From the NCBI RefSeq assembly GCF_009914755.1, contig NC_060925.1: a stretch of DNA of 64,000 nucleotides. One strand, 5' to 3'. Source of the DNA: the human T2T-CHM13v2.0 reference genome, Homo sapiens. Under the pieces are notes generated by a model. The model did no database searches, had not been told where the DNA came from, and saw only the letters and a program-made list of their open reading frames with translations. The translations under genes and the position numbers were made by a program. Below are positions 39,480-54,028 of this stretch, piece by piece; the first letter of the stretch is position 1; each line of letters begins with the position of its first letter.

Positions 39480-41670
39480 AGGTCGAAGCGGCGGGCGGGG
39501 CGTCTGATTATAGTGTGGGGAGCCTGCGATTGGGGTGGGGCGCCTGCGATTAGGTTGGGAAGCCTGCGTTTAGGGTGGGGCACCTGCGATTAGGTTGGGA
39601 AGCCTGCGATTAGGTTGGGAAGCCTGCGATTAGGGTGGCACTTTCGAGCGCTCTGGTGTGAATTTCACGTTCTTTTACCTCATATTGTATCATCCCAACA
39701 ACCCTGTGATCTAGGGTGCGGCCTGGAGGACCTGACTATCACATATATTTTTGACACGAGGTTTGCCCAATCTGGTTTCGAACTCTTGGGCTCAAGAGAT
39801 CCTCCCACCTTAGCCTGCGAAGTAGCAGGGACCCCAGGCGAGGGCCACGATCCCCGCTTATCCTCGTGTTTATTTAAAAATTTAAAAAACAAACAAACCG
39901 GGATTACCGGGAGTGGTGGTGCGCATCTGTAGTCCCAGCTGCTCGGGAGGCTGAGGTGGGATGGTTGCTTGAGCCGAGGAGGTGGAGGCTCCACTGCACT
40001 CCAGCCGGGGTGACAGGATGAAACCCTGTCTCAAAAATTTCTTTTTAAGGTTATGTTTTTGAGGCTGGGCGCCGTGACTCACACCTGTAATCCCAGCACT
40101 TTAGGAGGCCGAGGCGGGTGGATCACCTGAGGTCGGGAGTTGGAGACCAGCCTGGCCAACATGGTGAAACTCTGTCTATACTAAAAACACAAAAATTAGT
40201 CGGGCGTGGTGGCACATGCCTGTAATCCCAGCTACTCGGGAGGCTGAGGCTTGAGCCCGGGAGGTGGAGGTTACAGTGAGCCGAGATCGAACCACTGCAT
40301 TCCAGCCTGGGCAACAGAGTGAGACCTTGTCACAAACAAACAAAAAAAACCATGTTTTTGGGACAAAGTTTCACTCTTGCTCTCCCAAAGTGCTGGGATT
40401 ACAGATACGAGTCATCAGCGTGCAGCCTATTTTTATTTTTATTTTTTTTGAGATGGAGTCTCACTCTGTTGCCCAGGCTGGAGTGCAGTGACGCAATCTT
40501 GGCTCACTGCAACCTCCCGCCTCCCGGGTTCAACGAATTCTCTTGCCTCAGCCTCCCGAGTAGCTGGGATTACAGGCGTGCACCACCACGCTCGGCTAAT
40601 TTTTTTCGTATTTTTAGTAGAAACGGGGTTTCACCATATTGGCCAGGCTGGTCTCGAACTCCTCACCTTGTGATCCTCCCGCCTCGACCTCCCAGAGTGC
40701 TGGGATTACAGGCGGAGCCACCGTGCCTGCCCTGTTTATTTTTTTTTTTTGAGACAGAGTCTCACTCTGCTGCCCAGGCTGGAGTGCAGTGGTGCAATCT
40801 CAGCTCACTGCAACCTCCGCTTCCTAGGTTCAAGTAGCTGGGATTACAGGCGTGTGCCACAATGCCCGGCTAATTTTTTTTTTTTTTTTGTATTTTTAGT
40901 AGAGATGGGGTTTCACCATGTTGGCCAGGCTGGTCTTGAACTCCTGACCTCAAGTGATCCACCTGCTTTGGCCTCCCGAAGTGCTGGGATTACAGGTGTG
41001 CGCCACCAGCGCCTGGCTTATTTTTTTTAGACTGCATCTTACCAACCTGGTCTCGAACTCCTGGGCTGAAGCCGTCCTCCCACCTCACTGGGATTACAGG
41101 CAGGAACCACTGTGCCCGGCCCAGCCTCATATTTAAAGTCACCTCCTCCCAAGCTCTGGCTGGTTCTGTGTTCCCCTCACCCATTTGGTCTTGACTCCTG
41201 TAATTAATTACACCTCCCCTGCCCCCTGGATCTATCTTTTCCCTCTCTATTGGTTCATTCCTAACAGCCTACAAGTACACTGACATCTTTCCCAACTAAA
41301 AGAGAAAAGGAAAAAACACTGGCTCCCACATCTCCTTCCAACTGCCATCATCTCTCTCTTGCCCTTTACAGGTAAGCTCCTGAAGAAAGCGTCTAGCTCC
41401 AACTGTGCTTCCTCCCTCCAGTACCCTCTGAACTCCTCCAAGCAGACGTTGTTTCCTGCAGACATCGCTGGAACCATTCTGGTTAACACAGAGTGGGAAC
41501 TCAGTACACATTTGTGAAGTGAACTCCTGGAAGAGCTCTTGTGAGGGAGGCACCGAATTATCAGGCAGCTCAAGAGATAGATTCACTCTCCTGAAATTAG
41601 AGATGGGATGCCCTTAATACAATTCATTCCACCCATTAAGTCTTCAATAAATGTTCAGCATATCCAGTTA
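39480..41670 (+). ncRNA. EXOSC10-AS1: Probable divergent lncRNA EXOSC10-AS1 (boundaries approximate)
   Basis: Bidirectional promoter, acceptor-like tttcctgcag at 41451-41461, AATAAA at 41646-41651 and a GU-rich tract at 41691-41710. The name comes from recalled annotation. Confidence 0.5.
39521..39638. repeat. 20-bp minisatellite, 6 copies, consensus agcctgcgattagg(t/g)tggg(a/g)
   Basis: Units start at 39521, 39541, 39561, 39581, 39601 and 39621. Confidence 0.96.
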
Positions 41671-42015
41671 AGAGAATACTTGCTTTTCACTTTTTCCGTG
41701 TGTGTGCTTCAGGTACACAGGTACTCTGGCAGGACAAACGCCTAGTTCATTTAGTATTTTTGAGGACCTATTTCACGTGGTTCAACCTAATACCACATGT
41801 CAGTCAGGCTGTGCTAAATGCTCCTCCATGGATTATCTTGTCTTTCAGACAGCCTCACAAGGTAGGGCTTACCCACACTTTCAGAGGAGACAAGCAGAGA
41901 GAATCTACGTAACTTATCCAAGGTCACAAAGGTACTATGAGATGCAGTTGATATTTGAAACTTAGTAAGTTGACACTACAGCCTTGATTCTTTTTTTTTT
42001 TTTTTTTTGAGATGA

Positions 42016-42114
<99 letters not shown>

Positions 42115-42636
42115 TGAGTAGCTGGGATTACAGGCGTGCACCACCACGCCCAGCTAATTTTGCATTTTTAAGTAAGAGATGGGGTTTCACCATGTGGGCA
42201 AGGCTAGTCTCAAACTCCTGACCTCGTGATCCACCCGCCTCGGCCTCCCAAAGTGCTGGGATTATAGGCATAAGCCACCATGCCCGGCCTCAGCCTTGAT
42301 TCTTAAAAAATACAACTGGCTGGGCGCAGTGGCTCACACATGTAATCTTAGCACTTTGGGAGGCTGAGGTGGGAGGATGGCCTGAGCTCACCAGTTTGAG
42401 ATCAGCCTGGACAACATGGCAAGAATCAGTCTCTACAGAAAATACAAAAATTAGCCGAGTGTGATGGCATGCACCTGTAGTCCCAGCTACTCAGGAGGCT
42501 GAGGTGGGAGGATAACTCGTGCCCGGGAGGTGGAGGTTGCAGTAAGCTGAGATTGCACCACTGCCCCCCAGCCCGGGTGATAGTGCCAGACCTTGTCTCC
42601 AAAAAAAAAAAAAAAAAAAAAAAAAAAAGAAAAAAA

Positions 42637-42890
42637 TAGTTAACCTGTTAACAACATCTGGTGATTAGGGGCTCCCATCCCTTTGAGCAGTCGAAAATCC
42701 ACATATAGCTTTTAACTCCCCCAAAACTTAACTAATAGCCTCCTGTTGACCAAAGGCCTTACCGATAACAAACGGTCAACTGACACATATTGTGTGTATG
42801 TATTGTATTCTTACAATAAATTACGAAAATTTTAAGGAAAATATATTTACTATTCATTAAGTGGATCATCATAAAGATCTTCATCCTTGT
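42637..42890 (+). mobile_element. Tigger2a/MER28-like DNA transposon fragment
   Basis: gcagtcgaaaatcc...aaaacttaactaatagcct...ccttaccgataaca...gatcatcataaag. Confidence 0.75.
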
Positions 42891-43750
42891 TTATGTATTT
42901 ATTTTTAGAGATAGGGTCTCTGTCATCCAGGCTGGAGTGCAGTGGCACAATCATAGCTTACTGTAAGCTTGAACTCCTGGGCTCAAACAATCCTCTGGCC
43001 TCAGCATCCAGGGTAGACTGGGCCCATGCCACCATGCCCAACGAATTTTTTTATTTTTTGTAGAGGCAGGGTCTCACTATGTTTCCCAGGCTGGTCTCAA
43101 ACTCCTAGATTCAAGCAATCCTCTCACCTTAGCTTCTCAAAGTGTTGGGGTTACGGGCATGAGCTGCCGTGCCTGGCTGGACTAAACTGTATTTAAAGGC
43201 CTCCACTAGCTCCTCCTCTGCCTTTGATAATTTGTCTCAACACACCCAGAAGGCTTTGCTTAGATATAACTTAAAACCTATCGGATTCACCAAAGACCTT
43301 AATCCAGACTCTTATATCCTAAAGAATATATCTTTATCACTGATGGCCACCATTTTCCTGCCTTTATCATTCTCACACCTTTATCGTTCATGAATAGTAA
43401 CATCACTGTAGTCACTGAGAGTTATTTCATCTGGAGCCAGGAAAGTTATGGTGACCATATTTTCTGGAGCAAATAGGTGATACATGGTTTAGGACTGTAA
43501 CAGAAAATCCAAGTAGGTATGTGACTTTCTAGCTGTGAGTGTTAGAACTGTTATTAGTATCACCATTGAGATTTAAATTCACCTTTTTTTTTGGAAACAG
43601 TCTTGCTCTGTCACCCAGGCTGGAGTGCAGTGGTGCGATCTCGGCTCACTGCAACCTTTGCTGCCCGGTTCAAGTGATTCTCCTGCCTTAGCCTCCTGAG
43701 TAGCTGGGATTACAGGCGCCTGCCACCATGCCCGGCCTTTTTTTTTTTGA

Positions 43751-44041
<291 letters not shown>

Positions 44042-44057
44042 TAAAAACACCACTCAG

Positions 44058-45434
<1,377 letters not shown>

Positions 45435-46127
45435 CTACTCCGTTTTAAAACTTCACAGCATCAGGTTCATACTCCTTGCTGCTGAACTGAGGGAGGCCCC
45501 GGTCTGGCCCCGGCCCCGTACTGCTTTCCTGCCTCCTTTAGTTCCTATTATTTTCCTGTTACTCCCTTTATTCCCCACTGACCACTGAGCCAGACATGCT
45601 GAACTATGAGGTGCAGCCATAAGAAAATGCCAGTTTTGTATATTAAAAATGGTCCACGTACCTGTGATTTCAAATGGTCCAACTGATACTTGCCACTGCT
45701 ATGGATACCTTGCTTTTACAGCAGTGCCTCACACTTCCTTTTCTGCTGAGAATGCCCCCCCCTTGGTTCATCTGACAGACTCCCACCCCTCTTTAAGACC
45801 CATGCCAAATGTCCCCCTTTCTATGGGGCTTTCCAGGCTCACCCGGTGGAATACACGCTCCTACCTGTGGCCCATACATGCCTCTTCTCAGCACTTGGCC
45901 GGGGTAAGTTCTGTTCACTTCAGTGGCATGCTGTCTCCACCTGTCTGGCCTGGGAACAGTCTGAGGAAAGGGACCATGTCACGTACACCCTTACGTCCTC
46001 TGTCATCCCTACTACAGAGTGTTTACTGAAGGCTGAGTGCTGAAGAGAGTAAATGCTTCCTTTTTGAACTGATCAAAATTATGACTAAAACGCCACTCAT
46101 ATACATATGTTTAAAATTCTGATGTCA

Positions 46128-46133
46128 TTTATT
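46128..46133 (-). terminator. MTOR: MTOR distal poly(A) signal AATAAA
   Basis: About 920 nt after the stop codon, with GU/U-rich sequence downstream. Confidence 0.88.
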
Positions 46134-46489
46134 GGCACAAAAATTATTCTGATACAACATGGTGTCTAGACATGGCTACACTTTATACTTTGTGCATTTA
46201 GTTGAGTATTTGTTCTGCTCATAATTTCCAATATGTACCAGACCTTCCCTGTGTTCAGCACCTCCATGACAGTATTTCTGTTTTCTGAGCCCTTGCTCTA
46301 AACAGAGTATTTTGACCACTGAAAACATCCCAGAACCCTGCTGCAGAAGGCCAGTGAGGGTGGTCCCACTGCACAGTGATCCCCTCTGTGCATCTGCTCA
46401 GCCGAGGCTGCCAGCGATCTGAATAAACCTCCCTACTAGCGGTCAGGTCTTGAATTGAAGCGTGTGAGTCGCAGCATCACTGGGTCTGA

Positions 46490-46497
46490 TGGAAGAC
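46490..46497 (-). promoter_or_regulatory. miR-7 8mer seed match GTCTTCCA in the MTOR 3'UTR
   Basis: The + strand tggaagac equals miR-7 nt 1-8. Confidence 0.6.
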
Positions 46498-46754
46498 AGA
46501 CCTTTTGTACTCATTTTGGCCTATCTTGCAAACATTTCTGCTGCTGTCCACAGACCAGTGAGGTCTTGGGATAGGTGGCAGGGGTGAGGTCAGCATCTTC
46601 TGTGTCTTTACAGTCTAGGATCCTAATCCATGTTCTCCACGACCTGAGGCTTCTTGGCTGTGCTGAGTTTGCTGTACCCATGTTGAGAGGAGCAACTAGG
46701 TCATTCTTCCATCAGCAAGTACTTATGATGAGTTCTCTTGTGAGTTAAGTCAAA

Positions 46755-46761
46755 ACCCGTA
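46755..46761 (-). promoter_or_regulatory. miR-99/100 7mer-m8 site TACGGGT in the MTOR 3'UTR
   Basis: The + strand acccgta equals the seed; MTOR is an established miR-99/100 target. Confidence 0.8.
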
Positions 46762-46918
46762 TTTCTAAAGTTATGGATCTTCTGTTCCCCAAAATGAATG
46801 GCTTGATTTACGTGGTATTACTATGTTTCACTGTCCTGGGAACCAAATCAAGCCTTGTGTTTCTGACAATATATTCTTCAACAGCAGCTAGAAAGTTGGT
46901 TCAAACCAACTTTTAATA

Positions 46919-46927
46919 TACAGTAGT
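46919..46927 (-). promoter_or_regulatory. Overlapping miR-199a-3p (ACTACTG) and miR-101/144 (TACTGTA) seed matches
   Basis: The + strand reads tacagtagt. Confidence 0.7.
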
Positions 46928-47055
46928 TCTTTTCATTTACATTTCAAAATATTTAACAAAGTCAAACTTTCTCACCATGGTTTCAGTTTAGTGGAAGCAT
47001 TTACTAAAGTACAAAAGCCTCAGAAAAAACGTGATGGGCACATCTGGGCCTCCAG

Positions 47056-47071
47056 TTACCAGAAAGGGCAC
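47056..47071 (-). CDS. MTOR: MTOR exon 58 coding part, (W)CPFW*
   Basis: tcttag acceptor, TAA; canonical FATC terminus. Confidence 0.97.
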
Positions 47072-47751
47072 CTAAGAAGGCAGAAAGAAAAGGAATATTT
47101 TAATAATTTGAGCTTCTTCAAAGGTTTACACAGATAACTTGAAAATGAAAAGGCCAAGGTCTGACAACCCTAGGGTATTCCCTGAGCTCTCCCACAGCTA
47201 ATTGCATGGGACACACTCATCATTTCCAGTCAAGGCTAATGCCCACCGAGGTCCCGCAAGGACACTTCCCCAGCGCCCGCTCTCTCAAGTTTCTGCCTTC
47301 AAGCATGCCTTGGGCAATTAATCAAAGCACACCCCAGAGTGGCCCTTGAGGTTAGACTCCCAGATCATAAATCTGTCTTTTTATCTCCTTCTCTCTGTCA
47401 CTGCTCTAGCTTTTTCTTTCCTTCGCCCTTCCTGTATCTCTGCACTGGACTGACAGCAAAACCCAAAAGGAACCCCTCACAAACAAACAAGCCTTGCCTA
47501 TTCTCCTGAACCACTTATCTTAATGTAATTTTAATTTTAGTGTTTGCCTTCCAAGTATGCATCCATATTTCTCAGTTTCTTTTTTTATAACAATGGGCAC
47601 ATGCAGTAAATATGAATTTTTAAAGAGATCTGAGCTCTAACTGCCCTTTACAGATACCTCACCAAATCTCTTTTTGCTACTCTGGCTTTGGGGCCTAGGC
47701 TTGGGACCTGATTGCTTATTTTAACAAAGTCACTTTGAGAGCCCCACTCAC

Positions 47752-47857
47752 CAGCCAATATAGCACTGGCAGAGGTTTTCATGGGATGTCGCTTGTTTGA
47801 TGAGCAGCTCAACTTGCGTTGGAACATCCAAAGTGTCATCATGAGAGAAGTCCCGAC
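47752..47857 (-). CDS. MTOR: MTOR exon 57, (G)[34 protein letters not shown](W), FATC
   Basis: tgctag acceptor, gtgagt donor, 106 nt. Confidence 0.97.
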
Positions 47858-48123
47858 CTAGCACAGGAGGAACAAAAACATTTCACTCTCTTCCTGGCAA
47901 TCGATGCACTTCTTGTTCCCTGTGGGCTTAACTGTCTATGCCAACAGCTTATCGTCAGACATGAAGATGAAGGATACCATCATAGTTGGATTTGAAAAGT
48001 TTGGCCAGGTGCGGTGGCTCACGCCTGTAATCCCAGCACTTTAGGAGGCTGAGGCAGGCAGATCACCTGAGGTCAGGAGTTCAACACCAGCCTGGCCAAC
48101 ATGGTGAAACCCTGTCTTTACTA

Positions 48124-48632
<509 letters not shown>

Positions 48633-48860
48633 TCACCTCCTGAGTTAAATGAGATTAAACTAACATTAAGTACTGTTATCAGTCATCAGAAAGAAGAATC
48701 AGAGACAATGTTTAACTGATGACCTCAAAGACACTCTTTGTCAGCTGCATGGTGCCAAAGCTCGTCACTAACACCACTGGACATGGGGCTGACCACCACT
48801 CAGAGAGGAAAGTGTGCTCAGATTTTATGTCCCTTTTAAGTAAACACATGACACACTCAC

Positions 48861-48941
48861 CAGTGAGCTTATCTCGAACCCTGTTAATAATCTGGATAGC
48901 TTTCTTATTTAGGGCCTCTGGTTTCACCAAACCGTCTCCAA
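48861..48941 (-). CDS. MTOR: MTOR exon 56, (I)GDGLVKPEALNKKAIQIINRVRDKLT
   Basis: ttccag acceptor, gtgagt donor, 81 nt. Confidence 0.97.
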
Positions 48942-49219
48942 CTGGAATACACAAAAGTAGAAATAACTGTAAGAATGGGAGCAATACAACAGGTTCAATG
49001 GGTGCCCTGTTTTTCTCAAATATTCACTTTTGTAAGTGTTAAGCAATCCTTCCTCTATGTCCGTCTTTGTCCTCAGAATATAATGAGAAATTCATGGAAC
49101 CTTTTCTGCTCAAAGGCAGTTTTGTTGCTTCATCTTGTTGACCCCTCTCAGGGTATAACACAGCTGCTATTTTCTTAATGAGCTAGTCACTGGTGCGGTT
49201 CCTCAGAGGCTGAACTTAC

Positions 49220-49300
49220 TGAAAGAATGAATAGATTCTGGCACTGTGGTCCCCGTTTTCTTATGGGCTGGCTCTCCAAGTTCCACACCGTCCAAAATTT
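49220..49300 (-). CDS. MTOR: MTOR exon 55, (E)ILDGVELGEPAHKKTGTTVPESIHSF (S2481)
   Basis: ccatag acceptor, gtaagt donor, 81 nt. Confidence 0.97.
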
Positions 49301-49955
49301 CTATGGGAAAAGAAATCAATTAACAGAAAATTCAAACACCAAAAAGCCACTGTTGGTGTTAGCATCTAATTCTCTACGCACTCTATTCCTTTAACGCCTG
49401 CCCTACCTACCCTAAAGGGGAAAAGAGAAGGAAAGTTTTATGTTACTCTTTATGTATTTCAAAGTTTTAAGCTGGACATAGCTGTAATCTCAGCTACTCA
49501 AGAGGCTGAGGTGGAAGGATCACTTGAGTAGCTGAGTTCAAGACCAGCCTGAGACTCCATTTGCAAAAAAAAAAAAAAAAATTTTTAAATCTGTAAAGCC
49601 ATTTTCAAATGTGAGTTAATAATTATTGAAAAAATTTGGTGCTTATCAGAATTGAAACATGGATTTTCAGGCAAATTGCATTAACAAAATAAACTCATAG
49701 GAATAAGAACAGGTCAAAAGCCTCGTGACAAAATGTGTTTGGACAAAAACTGATAAAGAAAATTAACTTCGGAATGTGTCACACACAAGGTTGAAATGTT
49801 ATTCCTTGGAGGAATTTTCATATCAGCTCTGGGTAGAAAAAGTCCTCAGGTGTTAGGTTCACCCTCCACTGATTATGGCTTTTAGCAGAGAAGAGTCTGA
49901 AATCAGAATTATGAAGTTTTTTGAATGCTGTCCTTGTACATCACAGACCTTCTGA

Positions 49956-50621
<666 letters not shown>

Positions 50622-50637
50622 TGAGCCTGGTGATTCA

Positions 50638-51090
<453 letters not shown>

Positions 51091-52200
51091 TCAGGTGAAG
51101 TGATGGTTAGATGCCACCAACCCAAGTGCTCTCTTCGCAGCTACGGTTCACAGTGAAGTCCCCTTTTCTGAATCTCCACAGCCCTACTCCACACGAAAGC
51201 ACCCGCAGGCTCCACGGCAGAGTCTCCTGCTCTCTGACTATTTCACGCAGGTTATGGTCAATTCTGTAATGCTTTCTGTGCTTCTTCAGGCGACCACTGT
51301 ACCTCACATTTTCTTTTTGCACCCCTAGACATTATTTGGCTTAGTTTATTAACTAGTTGTAAGTGCTCTGTAAACATTTGTAGAAAAGATATACTTTTTT
51401 ACACCCTAACAGTAATTCCCAAAGTATGAACTATGTAGGGTGTTGCTAAATGTCACGAAGGAAAAAAGGGGTGGGATGGGGAGTGCGGGGAAGAGGGGAG
51501 GGCTAAACAAAGTTAAACAATTTTACTCAAAAACAAACAAACAAACAAACAAACAAAAAAACCCCCCAAAACCAGTAACTTCAATGCTGTGTGTGCTGGA
51601 AACTAATACAAATAAAATAAAAGTTAAACAGCTTGACTCAAACACTCCTGAGAGGTTTCCACACACAAAAAGGACTCTGGCTCTCAGAGGGACACAAGTC
51701 TTCTAGACCCCTGCTCTGTGAGTCGCGCTCCTAGAAACACTGTTCCATGTGGTTCCAGGGTTCCTCCCAGCAACGCAAATAAATTTCTGCTGCTTCCATC
51801 TTCCCATTTCTGAGCTATTATCAATGCTTGAGGACCAAGGTAATACTGTTAATAATTATTCCAACCCAGACACCATTAGTGAGCTGATATTCAGACATAC
51901 TTTAAACTGTGTTTTTACAGATAGATTAAAATCAGATAGTTTGATAAAAATCTCAGAGCTTCAGGTACCCACTCCATGTGTGAAACAGTAAATAAAAAAC
52001 ATATTAGCTGCTTGGTGCTCAGTAAATATTTCTAGACCAAGTATTTGAAGTTCAATTAAATGCTTATCAGGTGATAAGCTAGCAGTAATAGCACCTTTGC
52101 AAAACTATCACTGTCAAGAACCACGAGAAAACTAGATTTACTTCCTTCATGTTCAGTAGCCATTACCACTTTAAGTTATGCCTCCTACTGTCAATAACAA

Positions 52201-52433
52201 AGCCCATCCCATTCTAGAAACACTCTGGACAAGGGGGAGAGCCTCTGCAGCCTCCCACGGGATGCACCCACTGACTGAAGCCCACCCCACTCTAGAAACA
52301 CTCTGCACAAGGGGGAGAGCCTCTGTAACGTCCTGCGGGATGCACCCACCGACTGAAGCCCACCCCACTCTACAAACACTCTGCACAAGGGGGAGAGCCT
52401 TTGCGACCTCCCGTGGATGCACCTACCGACTGA
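52201..52433. repeat. 78-bp tandem repeat, 3 copies (78, 78, 77 nt), overlapping the MTOR exon 54 donor
   Basis: Units 52201-52278, 52279-52356 and 52357-52433. Confidence 0.96.
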
Positions 52434-52492
52434 CTGGCCAGCAGAGTAGGAATCCGTCCTCGTTCGGGATCGCTTGTTGCCTTTGGTATTTG
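52427..52492 (-). CDS. MTOR: MTOR exon 54, (T)NTKGNKRSRTRTDSYSAGQSV (T2446/S2448)
   Basis: ccctag acceptor, gtaggt donor, 66 nt. Confidence 0.97.
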
Positions 52493-53352
52493 CTAGGGAG
52501 AGAAATAAAGAGTATTGAAACATGCTTCAAATTTTGACTTGAAAGAAACTTGGTTATTTTCTTCCAGTCATAAAAATATAATTGTTCGTAAAGCTATAGC
52601 CCCAAAAAAAGAGATGACAGACATATTACTCAGGAATAAGTGGGTGGGTATTAGCATGGGATGTGAAACCCAGGGGGACACTCTATACTGTTGATTTGGA
52701 CTTAGACAATGTAATACAGATAATATAAGGTCAAAGTATGATTTAATTTCAATGGATTAGAAGCTCTTTTGGTGAACATCCCCTAAGGTGGCAGAACAAA
52801 GGGTAGATGAAGATACTGCTGTCCCAAATCATAACTGTTTGCGTTTCTTATTAAAATTTCAGCTTACTACTCTATATAAAGCCCAGAGAAAAATCACTAG
52901 GATACTTGGTTAATACTGAAGAATATTTTAGTATCTAAATTGATAATGGCATTTTCTGTTTTAGTTAATAAAAATACTTGAAGTTCTTTTCCAGGTGTCA
53001 GAGTTACTCTGTGCAAATGTAATGCAATAGCTCTGCAATGTATCCCAGGCTGCAGGCTTGAAGGGGCATAGGTTTGTAAAATGTTATGTGCTGGATATTG
53101 CTAATTTGGGAGGCTGCCAACCCCAGCTTCCACACACTTGATTTTATTTTTTATTTGTTTTCTTTTATTTTTAAAATTAAATTTTTTATTTTTTTATTTT
53201 TTTGAGACAAGGTCTCACGCTGTCACCTAGGCTAGAGTGCAGCAGTGGCATGATCATAGCTCACTGTGCCTCAACCTCCCAGGCTCAGGTGATCCTCCTG
53301 CCTCTGCCTCCTGAGCAGGTAGGACCACCGGCATGTGCCACTGTACCCACCT

Positions 53353-53730
53353 TAATATGGTTTGGCTGTGTCCCCACCCAAAATCTCATCTTGAACTGCA
53401 ATTCGAATTGTAATCCCCATGTGTTGTGGGAGGGACCTCATGGGAGGTGATTAGATCATGGGGATGGTTCCTCCATGCTGTTCTCGTGATAGTGACTGAG
53501 TTCTCATGAGATCTGGTGGTTTTATAAGGGGCTTTTCTCCCCTTCACTCTGTACTTCTCTCTTCTGCCCCCAAGTGAAGAAGGAAGTGTTTGCTTCCCCT
53601 CCCACCATGATTGTAAGTTTCCTGAGTTCTCCCCAGCCAAGCAGAACTGTGAGTCAATTAAACCTCTTTCCTTTATAAATTACCCAGTCTCAGGCAGTTC
53701 TTTATAACAGCGTGAGAACAGACTAATACA
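53353..53730 (+). mobile_element. Solo MaLR LTR, THE1D-like, inserted into an antisense AluJ
   Basis: t(a)atatggtttggctgtgtccccaccc...gactaataca, 378 bp. Alu sequence resumes on both sides. Confidence 0.85.
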
Positions 53731-53892
53731 TGCCTAATTTTTTCAGTTTTTGCAGAAAGGGGTCTTACTATGTTGCCCAGGCTGGTCTCGAACTCCTGGC
53801 CTCAAGCAACTCCTCTGCCTTGGCCTCCCAAAATGTTAGGATTACAGGTGTGAGCCACTGAGCTCAGCTCCCAGGCACTTGATGATACTCAC

Positions 53893-54028
53893 TGTCCATC
53901 AGCCTCCAGTTCAGCAAGGGGTCATAGACAAAGGCTTCCAGCACGGCCATGACACTGTCCTTGTGCTCTCGCAGCACCTCCATCACTGTGTGGCATGTGA
54001 TTCTGTAGTTGCCATCCAGGCCTGTAAC
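53893..54028 (-). CDS. MTOR: MTOR exon 53, [12 protein letters not shown]...[16 protein letters not shown]
   Basis: ttctag acceptor, gtgagt donor, 136 nt. Confidence 0.97.

Larger units (their letters stand above)
38890..39720. promoter_or_regulatory. EXOSC10: CpG island and TATA-less bidirectional promoter of EXOSC10
   Basis: High GC and CpG. YY1-type AAAATGGCG lies over the ATG (39397-39405), NRF1-like motifs at 39458-39466 and 39470-39478, GC box at about 39491-39502, CCAAT (minus) at 39529-39533. Confidence 0.92.

Noticed and set aside
38820-39593. Overlapping 130-190 aa ORFs at the promoter
   Set aside because: Stop-poor GC-rich CpG island; only the exon 1 frame is supported.
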